DNA from: an uncultured virus (IMG/VR IMGVR_UViG_3300021376_000001)
Lineage: Duplodnaviria > Heunggongvirae > Uroviricota > Caudoviricetes
Virus record (IMG/VR): IMGVR_UViG_3300021376_000001
Length of the DNA stretch: 20,000 nt
Strand: one strand, 5' to 3'
The notes below the pieces were generated by a model. The model made no database searches. It worked only from the letters and a program-made list of their open reading frames with translations, and had not been told where the DNA came from. Shown piece by piece: positions 9,486-16,315 of this stretch. Position numbers and translations under genes: made by a program. Positions within the stretch are counted from its first letter, which is position 1, and each line of letters starts with the position of its first letter.

Positions 9486-9824
9486 GTGATCGAACCAGGC
9501 AAATACGACATCACTATTCAACAAGGGGCCACTTTCCAACTGCCTCTTCATTTCAAAGACAGTGCTGGCGCGTCTGTCAATATGACTGGCTATACAGTGA
9601 GCGGTACTATATATGATCGCTACGGCCAAACACTTCTTGCATCGTTCACTAATACTTGGACCGTACAAGCAAGCGGACAATTTACGCTTTCTATTCCAGC
9701 TAATACAACACGCACAATGAGTGGAGAGGCTCAGTACGATGTATTAGTGACAGAGCCTGACAATACAAAGTTCTACCTCCTTGAGGGGGCGGCTTTTATT
9801 GACACTGGCCTTACGGGGAGATGA
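9486..9824 (+). CDS. LtfC/BppU-like beta-sandwich tail adaptor protein (112 aa, GTG start)
   Basis: YDITIQQGATF...VNMTGYTV...GQFTLSIPANTT...AQYDVLVT...FYLLEG pattern. Confidence 0.7.
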   Translation: MIEPGKYDITIQQGATFQLPLHFKDSAGASVNMTGYTVSGTIYDRYGQTLLASFTNTWTVQASGQFTLSIPANTTRTMSGEAQYDVLVTEPDNTKFYLLEGAAFIDTGLTGR

Positions 9825-9827
9825 TGT

Positions 9828-10112
9828 ATGACACGCATGCAATTAACAGTTGCTCCTGCATCTGCTTCCCGCATTGTTGTCTCAAAAACCAATACCACTG
9901 TTGTGGTACAAAAACAGCCCACAGCGACTGTTGAAATTGCGGCCTTAGGGCCGCAAGGCCCGTCATTCACTGGTGCAAATTATTTTGACATTACTGCGAT
10001 TGGCGCCCTGACATCAGGGGATACTGGCACTCTTCTTCAATGGAGCGGCGCGGCTTTCGTGCCCACCAATGAACTTTCCCAGAATCTCACTATCGCCGGA
10101 GGGGCGTTCTAA
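9828..10112 (+). CDS. Short fibre/linker protein (94 aa)
   Basis: Beta-rich N-terminus, GPQGP, LLQWSGAAFV; ends TIAGGAF. The stop overlaps the next ATG (TAATG). Confidence 0.7.
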   Translation: MTRMQLTVAPASASRIVVSKTNTTVVVQKQPTATVEIAALGPQGPSFTGANYFDITAIGALTSGDTGTLLQWSGAAFVPTNELSQNLTIAGGAF

Positions 10113-11272
10113 TGAGCACGGTAACCATCAAGATTAAACGCAGGGCTTCGACGGGCTCTGCGGGCGCACCAGCGTCGTTGAAGAGCGGCGAACTTGCGTT
10201 TAACGAAAATACAGGCGACAAGAAGCTTTATTACGGCTATGGCGATGATGGTAGTGGTAGTGCCACGTCTGTTATCAGCATTGGCGGCGAAGGCGCCTAT
10301 CTGACGCTTGACACCGCCCAAACCATTACGGGCAACAAAACTTTTACAGGTGCCGTTGTTCTCACTAGCGCCACGGTTTCGCTGAACACCAGCCAGCTCA
10401 CTGAAAGCGGCTCGCTGTTCTTCACCAACGCTCGGGCCCGCACAGCGCTATCTGGCGATGCCTCCACTGGACTGAACTACAACAGTTCCACTGGCGTGAT
10501 GCTGTTGTCTGGCGTACCCAACGCAAGCCTGACAAATAGTGCTGTCACCATCAACGGCACAAGCATTTCCCTGGGTGGTAGTGCCACATTTACCACCACC
10601 AACATTGGCGAAGGCACCAATCAGTACTACACCGATGCGAGGGCACGGGCTGCGCTGTCTGGCAGCAGCGCTACGGGCCTGCAATACAACAACAGCACTG
10701 GCGTCATTTCGCTGTCGGGGGTGCCCAACAGCTCGCTGAGCAATAGCTCTATCACTGTCAATGGCTCTGCAGTGGCCCTTGGCGGCTCTGTGAGCACCAA
10801 TGTGAACGTGAGTGATGGCACCACGTCCACTTCCATTGCCAACAACGGCACTATTACGTTTGCGGCCGTTGCCAATGAGACCACTGTCACCAATGTTGGA
10901 GGCACTGTCACCATTGGTTTGCCCGATAACGTCACCATCACATCGGGCTTGACTGTTGGTGGCGACCTGACAGTCAATGGCACGCTGTCCACGATTAACA
11001 GCACTACGGTCACCGTCGATGACAAAAACCTAGAGCTGGGCTCCACTGCATCGCCGTCTGATGCAACGGCCGACGGTGGTGGTATCACACTCAAAGGCAC
11101 CACTGACAAGGAAATCAAGTGGCTTGATGCCACTGATTCGTGGACATTCAATCAAAATATTAATGTCACAACTGGGGGTCTTTCTGTTAATGGAACCCAG
11201 GTAATCAACAATAGTCGCGTATTAGCAAATGTGACGTTGAGCGGCTTGACCGTAGATGGTGGTACGTTCTAA
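10112..11272 (+). CDS. Tail fibre protein with Mtd_N-like N-terminus and a 69-aa tandem repeat (386 aa)
   Basis: IKIKRR...LKSGELAFNENTGDKKLYYG; QTITGNKTF; GDLTVNGTLSTINSTTVTVDDKNLELG; ends VDGGTF. Confidence 0.8.
   Translation: MSTVTIKIKRRASTGSAGAPASLKSGELAFNENTGDKKLYYGYGDDGSGSATSVISIGGEGAYLTLDTAQTITGNKTFTGAVVLTSATVSLNTSQLTESGSLFFTNARARTALSGDASTGLNYNSSTGVMLLSGVPNASLTNSAVTINGTSISLGGSATFTTTNIGEGTNQYYTDARARAALSGSSATGLQYNNSTGVISLSGVPNSSLSNSSITVNGSAVALGGSVSTNVNVSDGTTSTSIANNGTITFAAVANETTVTNVGGTVTIGLPDNVTITSGLTVGGDLTVNGTLSTINSTTVTVDDKNLELGSTASPSDATADGGGITLKGTTDKEIKWLDATDSWTFNQNINVTTGGLSVNGTQVINNSRVLANVTLSGLTVDGGTF
10388..10801 (+). repeat. Two diverged tandem copies of a 207-nt (69-aa) coding repeat
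   Basis: TSQLTESGSLFFTNARARTALSGDASTGLNYNSSTGVMLLSGVPNASLTNSAVTINGTSISLGGS aligns to TTNIGEGTNQYYTDARARAALSGSSATGLQYNNSTGVISLSGVPNSSLSNSSITVNGSAVALGGS; offset 207 nt. Confidence 0.9.
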
Positions 11273-11275
11273 AAC

Positions 11276-11695
11276 ATGTCAAATACCATCCAACTAAAGC
11301 GAACAAGTCTTCTTGACAAGAGGCCGACAGCTAGCGGACTGACACTGGGCGAGCCTGCGGTTGTTCTCCATCAAGATAGTTTTGGCGTTTATCTAAAGGA
11401 TGGTGCAGGGGCCGTCCGCAAGGTTGGCCCCATTCATGTTGGGACAAGTGCTCCAAATGCTGCTCCAATAGGCAGCTCTGGCAATAGCCTTGGGGAAGGA
11501 TGGCTAGATACTTCGTCTAATGCATTTAAAGTGTGGGATGGATCAAATTGGTCAAGTATTGTTGGCAGCGGTAATTCATCAGAAGCGTTAATTGTGGACC
11601 ATGGCCTAGAAGTGGGCACGGTAGACTATGGGTCAGTGGCATCAACACCAGTATCAACCGAAGACTGGGGCGTTGCCAGTTATTTAAGGAATTGA
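11276..11695 (+). CDS. Short Mtd_N-like fibre adaptor protein (139 aa); N-terminus paralogous to 6785..7762
   Basis: IQLKRTS...KRP...LTLGEPAV...KVGP...PNA...GNSLGEGWLDTSS...KVWDGSNW; C-terminal DHG/DYG/DWG motifs. Confidence 0.75.
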   Translation: MSNTIQLKRTSLLDKRPTASGLTLGEPAVVLHQDSFGVYLKDGAGAVRKVGPIHVGTSAPNAAPIGSSGNSLGEGWLDTSSNAFKVWDGSNWSSIVGSGNSSEALIVDHGLEVGTVDYGSVASTPVSTEDWGVASYLRN

Positions 11696-11696
11696 G

Positions 11697-11963
11697 ATGG
11701 CCAAACAGGTTCAGTTCCGGCGTGGAACGACAACCGAGCACAACGGTTTTACTGGGGCCATTGGCGAAATAACAGTAGATACCACGTTGAACACTGTTCG
11801 CGTTCACGACGGCAGCACGGCCGGAGGGACAAGAATTGCCAGATTTTCAGAAATTGTTCCCACCAGTAGACAGGTGGTTGCTGGTAGTGGTCTGGCTGGA
11901 GGCGGCACTTTGAATGCTGACGTGACGCTTCATGTTGAAAATCTTGATTGCGGTACTTATTAG
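11697..11963 (+). CDS. Short Mtd_N domain protein (88 aa)
   Basis: MAKQVQFRRGTTTEHNGFTGAIGEITVDTTLNTVRVHDGSTAGG is a typical Mtd N-terminal domain; then AGSGLAGGGTL; ends LDCGTY. Confidence 0.85.
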   Translation: MAKQVQFRRGTTTEHNGFTGAIGEITVDTTLNTVRVHDGSTAGGTRIARFSEIVPTSRQVVAGSGLAGGGTLNADVTLHVENLDCGTY

Positions 11964-11968
11964 GAATC

Positions 11969-12166
11969 ATGGGACAAATTAGGGTTAATAACGAGCAGTT
12001 TGAAACTGGCGTTTTAGCAGATCACCGTGGTCAGATCTTGGCCGTAGGGCCTGATAGTGGACAAGTGGATGCCTTTGGGAGGGCAACACCACGGGCCGGT
12101 GGCGACTACGCCTCAACCCCACGCTTTCTATGGAAAGCATTACGCAGCAGCAAGTACAGGAGATGA
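11969..12166 (+). pseudogene. Probable truncated N-terminal remnant of a third lectin-like structural gene (65-aa ORF)
   Basis: Preceded by AGGA. MGQIRVNNEQFETGVLADHRGQILAVGPDSGQVDAFGRA ends at the DAFGR motif, which normally starts a long domain (equivalent to DLLGNPR in the 373 and 1932 ORFs). The ORF then runs into unrelated sequence and overlaps the next gene out of frame. Confidence 0.5.
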
Positions 12167-12279
12167 TTGATGCCGCCATCAGGCGGCACAATCGCAATGC
12201 TGGCATCATCTCGATGGTGGTGGGCTGGGCCGTATTGGGCTTCTATGCTGATGGCTTGTTTCGCATGATCCATCGATGA
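12130..12279 (+). CDS. Small single-TM membrane protein (49 aa) of a cyanophage-type family; not in the ORF track
   Basis: MESITQQQVQEMIDAAIRRHNRNAGIISMVVGWAVLGFYADGLFRMIHR; ATGA overlap with the next gene at 12276. Confidence 0.75.
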   Translation: MESITQQQVQEMIDAAIRRHNRNAGIISMVVGWAVLGFYADGLFRMIHR

Positions 12280-12548
12280 AGCCAATTGATGAGGTGTGGT
12301 ATGAGCAGCAAACTGACGGCTTGAGCGACTGCCTGCAAGAGCTCATTAATGATGGTGGAGCAGAAAAGGCGCAGGAAGGGCTATGTGACGCGATAATGAC
12401 GTGGATTGACTATCACCAGCAAGAGCTGAATAAATGGAAGGAACTGGCAACTCTGCTTCATCTGCCCATCGCCACCGGGACTGGCTCAACAGTCCTGAAT
12501 TCAAAGAGCTTCAGTACGCCTTCAATGCTCACAGGGAACAGACTGTGA
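12276..12548 (+). CDS. Hypothetical protein (90 aa)
   Basis: ATGA-coupled start; helical, protein-like N-terminal ~62 aa; the tail overlaps the next ORF by 115 nt. Confidence 0.6.
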   Translation: MKPIDEVWYEQQTDGLSDCLQELINDGGAEKAQEGLCDAIMTWIDYHQQELNKWKELATLLHLPIATGTGSTVLNSKSFSTPSMLTGNRL

Positions 12549-12865
12549 GAGAAGATGCCGAATGGTGGGAAAACTTGTCTTATGAGGACAAGCTCAAGGC
12601 ATTCCGTTGCATCTGTCGTCGCATTTATCAAGGCGATGTGAAGGACAAAGGAACGTATCGCTTTGTTCTTTACAACACGTTTGGCTTTGATCTAGATGCC
12701 TATGCAGATGGGATGGACTGTGGTTATATGACCATCCACAATCTCATTTGGGCTGGACTGGAAGCGGAGCGACAGCGCGTTCAGCGCATTCAGAACATTG
12801 CCGACGAGGAGCTAGAGAGTGATAACAAAAGCCCTTTGCCGCAAGAGCAAGCCCCGATGCAATAA
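12434..12865 (+). CDS. Phage hypothetical protein (143 aa)
   Basis: WWENLSYEDKLKAF...RRIYQGDVKDKGTYRFVLYNTFGF...YADGMDCGYMTIHN resembles a recurrent phage hypothetical family. Confidence 0.7.
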   Translation: MEGTGNSASSAHRHRDWLNSPEFKELQYAFNAHREQTVREDAEWWENLSYEDKLKAFRCICRRIYQGDVKDKGTYRFVLYNTFGFDLDAYADGMDCGYMTIHNLIWAGLEAERQRVQRIQNIADEELESDNKSPLPQEQAPMQ

Positions 12866-12893
12866 GAAAGCTGCCAATTAGTTCTAGGCCCAT
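12744..12893 (-). CDS. Putative small membrane protein (49 aa); not in the ORF track
   Basis: MGLELIGSFLIASGLALAAKGFCYHSLAPRRQCSECAERAVAPLPVQPK; hydrophobic N-terminus; GAGG just upstream and a TAGAAT box about 21 nt upstream; follows the - strand lysis genes. Confidence 0.45.
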   Translation of the reverse strand: MGLELIGSFLIASGLALAAKGFCYHSLAPRRQCSECAERAVAPLPVQPK

Positions 12894-12917
12894 TGCCTCA
12901 TTGCCTCTGCAGTTATT

Positions 12918-13334
12918 CTATTTTGGCAAAACTTGCGGGGGTTCGCCGTCAAGCGTCCAAGTGATACGCATTTCACCACCCAATGCTTTTACTGCATCGC
13001 TTGCATTATCTGGCGCCTTGTGTTCAATCATTACTGACGGCACAACTGCATTGGGCAGAGGCGTGATCTGGGCTTTGGGGAACAACTCCTGAGCTTTGGC
13101 TGCAAGCTTACTGGCAGTGTCAGCTCGATGTTCTTTTTCCCATGTGGCAATAAGCTCTTTGGCTTGCTCATCTACTTTTTCTAAAACAATTTTAGTTTTC
13201 CATTCAATCCAGTCTGGACGACAATGAGCCATCATTAGCTTGAACCATGGATTGAAGCTGAGTGATGGCCATTGCCGGGCTGCCCAGAGGCCCAGTTCGT
13301 AGCACATTGCATTAAACCAGGCCTGTCTGTTCAT
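12918..13334 (-). CDS. Hypothetical protein downstream of the endolysin (138 aa; start moved to ATG 13334)
   Basis: ATGA overlap with the endolysin stop; MNRQAWFNAMCYELGLWAA...; Trp-rich N-terminus and a helical middle. Confidence 0.7.
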   Translation of the reverse strand: MNRQAWFNAMCYELGLWAARQWPSLSFNPWFKLMMAHCRPDWIEWKTKIVLEKVDEQAKELIATWEKEHRADTASKLAAKAQELFPKAQITPLPNAVVPSVMIEHKAPDNASDAVKALGGEMRITWTLDGEPPQVLPK

Positions 13335-14275
13335 CCTTCTTGGTAAACGCTGATGAAGATGGAGCCAGTTTTCAACAGGGGCATAACGAAATCCCGGAGG
13401 TGGGCATTGTGCATGCGCACGCAACCATGAGTGGCGTAAAGCTTCTGCACGGGCGCCCAAGCGCCCGGCCACCCATTGGCGCTACCACCGCCGTGAAGCA
13501 TGATTCCAGCGCGTCCTACGCCGCTCTCCTGTCCTTCTAGATCGATCATGTCAAGGCTGTACCAGCCATAGGCCATGAGTGTGCGATCAAACGCAGGCTT
13601 ATCGCCATTCAGTTCGTAATCGCGGTAGACAGTGCCCACCTTGTAGAGCCCAGGGGGTGTGTCAGTGTTGCGCAGCTTCCATTCATAGTCGCTGCCTTGA
13701 CCACGAGCCAATGCAGGCAATTCCCATAGTTGCCGGCCTTCAAAATCGAAGCACTTTGCTGTTTCCACCGCATCGTTAACAACAATGTGGTGGTCGCCTT
13801 TTTTGAAGCCAAATTGTTGAGGCTTTTTCTTGGGTCCGATCATGGCAGAAATGACTGTTGTTTCCGGCGCATATTGTTTCATGAGCCGCGACAATTTTGA
13901 AGGATACTCGGGATCTGTGGCATACGCCTGCTCTTTAAGCATGCGAGCAGCTTCATAGCGATTGCGAGCCCTGTTGACGCCATGAAATCTGCCGTAATCC
14001 TTGTACCAACGACTGACTAGGTATTCAATGCATGCTGCAAGCGTAGGGAAATCAATAAAACCAGCTTTAATGGTCACCCAACGACCGTCATAAAACTCTT
14101 TTGTTTCCCTTGTGGAGCCACCTCCCTTCAGGCCAAATGCATTGTTTTGCCCTGAAAAATGCTTTCCAAAACCACTCTCAAGCGCCCACTGAGCAGCTAC
14201 AAGGTCAGGATATTTTGCTCCTATGCTTTTGGCATAGGAGCTCACTCCCTCCCATGTATTGGGAATGTCTGTCAC
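13331..14275 (-). CDS. Endolysin: GH73 glucosaminidase (FlgJ-like) plus C-terminal YkuD/L,D-transpeptidase-like domain (314 aa, GTG start)
   Basis: GH73 motifs AAQWALESGFG, NNAFGLKG, TKEFYDG and YATDPEY. YkuD motifs DTPPGLYKV, GIMLHGG and THGCVRM. GTG at 14275 overlaps the stop of the upstream holin-like ORF (GTGA). Confidence 0.85.
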   Translation of the reverse strand: MTDIPNTWEGVSSYAKSIGAKYPDLVAAQWALESGFGKHFSGQNNAFGLKGGGSTRETKEFYDGRWVTIKAGFIDFPTLAACIEYLVSRWYKDYGRFHGVNRARNRYEAARMLKEQAYATDPEYPSKLSRLMKQYAPETTVISAMIGPKKKPQQFGFKKGDHHIVVNDAVETAKCFDFEGRQLWELPALARGQGSDYEWKLRNTDTPPGLYKVGTVYRDYELNGDKPAFDRTLMAYGWYSLDMIDLEGQESGVGRAGIMLHGGGSANGWPGAWAPVQKLYATHGCVRMHNAHLRDFVMPLLKTGSIFISVYQEG

Positions 14276-14415
14276 TTGTTCACACGGAAGATGGTCTTCA
14301 GGCCTTCCATCAGAAGCTGAAGCACGTTGTTGCTCTTCCAAGGAGAGCGATCAAGGATTTGATCGGCAGCACCAATGATGATGCCACCAATTACGAACCA
14401 TTCAACGCCAGTCAT
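14272..14415 (-). CDS. Putative holin-like small membrane protein (47 aa); not in the ORF track
   Basis: MTGVEWFVIGGIIIGAADQILDRSPWKSNNVLQLLMEGLKTIFRVNK. Hydrophobic helix plus an SPxKSN motif seen in small cyanophage proteins upstream of lysins. Translationally coupled to the endolysin. Confidence 0.7.
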   Translation of the reverse strand: MTGVEWFVIGGIIIGAADQILDRSPWKSNNVLQLLMEGLKTIFRVNK

Positions 14416-14440
14416 AAATCCAAATGCGGTTTATTACAGA

Positions 14441-14641
14441 TTAGCGACGCACTTCCAGGTTGCGCACCCGAGCTTCAAGGGCGCCCAAGTTTTCCGTAAG
14501 CGTGTTTAATTTCTCGGTGATGCTTTCAATCTGTGTGGCCACTTTTACTTGTTGATTGCCCACTGCAACCAACATGCCACCTGTGGAAAGCAGCATCCCA
14601 GCAGTAATGGTGGCTACAAAGTTCGCCAGCCCTTCTTTCAT
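14441..14641 (-). CDS. Small TM plus coiled-coil protein, possible lysis accessory (66 aa; alternative ATG at 14650)
   Basis: Hydrophobic FVATITAGMLLSTGGMLVAVG followed by heptads IESITEKLNTLTENLGALEARVRNLE; first gene of the lysis cassette. Confidence 0.65.
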   Translation of the reverse strand: MKEGLANFVATITAGMLLSTGGMLVAVGNQQVKVATQIESITEKLNTLTENLGALEARVRNLEVRR

Positions 14642-14669
14642 AGCCTGCATTTGTAGCCGATATTCTTTA

Positions 14670-14675
14670 ATTATA
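14670..14675 (-). promoter_or_regulatory. Putative -10 box (TATAAT) for the lysis cassette
   Basis: Perfect TATAAT on the - strand in the AT-rich divergent gap, about 20-30 nt upstream of the ATGs at 14650 and 14641. Confidence 0.45.
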
Positions 14676-14737
14676 AGCTTGCTTCGCTGGGCTTGTTTCG
14701 GCGATAGATTGGGACAAACCAATTGAAGAAGAGCGTC

Positions 14738-15235
14738 ATGTTTGTGGCGTATGAGCCGAATGATTACATTCGCGACCTCATTGAATTACGCTCATCCGAT
14801 GCAACGCGACGTTTTAGAAAGTCCATCTTCACCGACTATCCATTGAGAGGCCCGCTAGGGCAGCCAGCTTGTGCATTCTGCGGACGCTGGCATGACAAAC
14901 TCACGCTCGACCACATTGTTCCGAAAAGCAAGGAAGGTCCGCATTTTGCTAGGTGGAACCTGGCTCCAGCCTGCACTCATTGCAACCTCGACAAGAGCAA
15001 TTTACCGCTGTTTGAATGGTGGCGGCCCAAGGATTGGTGGTCTGAGCAGCGTGAAGAAATCTTGATGACTTGGATTTACGTCAACAGTTTCATCGATGCC
15101 CACACTAATTCCGCTGAATACTGGAGCATCCTGGAAAGCCGTCGAGTGGTGCAGCAAGTGCCAGTGCAGCGACCACAAGAAAGGGGGCCTTCGTGGCCCC
15201 CTTTTGACTATGCAAAACAATGGGCAGCGGCCTAG
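14738..15235 (+). CDS. HNH endonuclease (165 aa)
   Basis: CAFCG...LTLDHIVPKSKEG...WNLAPACTHCNLDKSN: Zn-binding CxxC pairs with the HNH motif. Confidence 0.9.
   Translation: MFVAYEPNDYIRDLIELRSSDATRRFRKSIFTDYPLRGPLGQPACAFCGRWHDKLTLDHIVPKSKEGPHFARWNLAPACTHCNLDKSNLPLFEWWRPKDWWSEQREEILMTWIYVNSFIDAHTNSAEYWSILESRRVVQQVPVQRPQERGPSWPPFDYAKQWAAA
15180..15205. terminator. Bidirectional intrinsic terminator-like hairpin
   Basis: AAAGGGGGCC-TTCGT-GGCCCCCTTT(T): perfect 10-bp stem with T-rich tails on both strands, about 27 nt downstream of the DUF3310 stop on the - strand. Confidence 0.7.
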
Positions 15236-15591
15236 CCCACGGGGGAGAACATAATCCGATCTTCGCCGCCAGGAGCCGAGATGGGCACGTCGTAGCGAAT
15301 GCCGGGCATAGGACAGAAACCATCTTCGCAGTCCATCCCAATGCCATCTGGAGGCAGCCCCAAAGGAGGGAAGGCTTCATTGGCATCAATGGTGCTGATC
15401 AGGCGATCCAAGTACCACCGCGCCTTTTCCAAGTCTTCCCGGCCATTTTTCTTTTCGTAACGCCAGAGGTAGGCGATGGCAGTGAGCTTGAGGTGGGCGC
15501 AGAAGCCTTCATAGGAGCTGCATGCCTCCAGGGCTTCAATGCATTCCACGGCACCATCTTTGTAATGGTTGGGATTGATGGGATCGTTCAT
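15232..15591 (-). CDS. DUF3310 (SaV-like) protein (119 aa)
   Basis: DPINPNHY...ECIEA...AIAYLWRYEKKNGREDLEKARWYL signature; C-terminal extension with CEDGFCPMP. Confidence 0.85.
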   Translation of the reverse strand: MNDPINPNHYKDGAVECIEALEACSSYEGFCAHLKLTAIAYLWRYEKKNGREDLEKARWYLDRLISTIDANEAFPPLGLPPDGIGMDCEDGFCPMPGIRYDVPISAPGGEDRIMFSPVG

Positions 15592-15601
15592 GATGATGGG
15601 C

Positions 15602-16315
15602 TTAGAAGGAATGACCATGTGCCTTGAAGGCCTCAAAAGCTTCGGCAACTATAGGCTCCGCAAGCTCAGCCATACGGTCGGCGTAGGCTCGTATTTCCCA
15701 TTGCGCATCAGCGGGCTGACGCAAACTCAAGAAATGCAAGAGAGCCTGAAGGCTGCAAGTCCAAACAAACGATGTGTAGTGGCAAACGGGAAGAATGCCA
15801 CGGGCCTGCTCTTTGCTTACGCCCACTGCCAACAGCGTTGAGTAGGCCTCGTGTACTGCCTGCAACGCTTCAGCATATTTAAGACGCGCCAACTTGGCGC
15901 TGCCTGCATCAAGCACGCCATCAGAGGCTTGCTTGTTGCTGGCGCTCTGCTTTCTAAATTCATTTGGAAAATAAAATTCCTCCTGATCAGCAGCGCAATA
16001 ACGAAAGCTCTTCTCATTCCAGCCCAGTTGATCATTGGCATACGTGCCACCAATCACATGCTTCCACCATTGTCTTGCAACAAACAGCGGAGCCTTTACT
16101 TGCCACTTAAAGACAACACCCCGGAAGGGGCTGGTGTGACGATGGGCGACCAAGTAATTGAGCAGTTTTTGCTCTTTGGGTCCAAAGTCTGGACTTTCAA
16201 GATCAAAGCTTTGTCGTGCATCGCAAACAATGTCCATTGAACTTCCCATCCAGTCAAGCAACCGGACGCTACTAATACCATCACCGAGGGGATCATGGAT
16301 GGAGAAATCAGGCAT
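15602..16315 (-). CDS. thyX: FAD-dependent thymidylate synthase (237 aa)
   Basis: DPLGDGIS.VRL, ARQSF, HTSPF, APLFVARQWWKH, WNEKSFRY, KEQARGILP, LLHFLSLR, AQWEIRAYA. Confidence 0.95.
   Translation of the reverse strand: MPDFSIHDPLGDGISSVRLLDWMGSSMDIVCDARQSFDLESPDFGPKEQKLLNYLVAHRHTSPFRGVVFKWQVKAPLFVARQWWKHVIGGTYANDQLGWNEKSFRYCAADQEEFYFPNEFRKQSASNKQASDGVLDAGSAKLARLKYAEALQAVHEAYSTLLAVGVSKEQARGILPVCHYTSFVWTCSLQALLHFLSLRQPADAQWEIRAYADRMAELAEPIVAEAFEAFKAHGHSF

Noticed and set aside
6785..11963. Diversity-generating retroelement suggested by the Mtd_N-like domains
   Set aside because: No reverse transcriptase, no C-type-lectin variable domain and no TR/VR pair differing at adenines is visible. Only the N-terminal Mtd domain is present.
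64..11970. Numerous - strand and alternative-frame ORFs over the structural genes (e.g. 1201..1938, 10627..11151, 8867..9298)
   Set aside because: They are shadows of long + strand genes with recognisable motifs and have no protein-family features of their own.
12434..12548. Programmed frameshift joining the ORFs at 12276 and 12434
   Set aside because: I found no convincing slippery heptamer or stimulatory structure, and the second ORF has its own ATG, so a simple overlap suffices.
14276..14341. N-terminal extension of the endolysin given by the ORF track (MEEQQRAS...)
   Set aside because: It overlaps the holin-like ORF 14272..14415. GTG at 14275 gives a coupled start just before the GH73 domain. 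Similar over-extended starts were trimmed for the ORFs called at 6728, 13472, 14722, 14723, 15648, 16357, 16734, 18267 and 19886.
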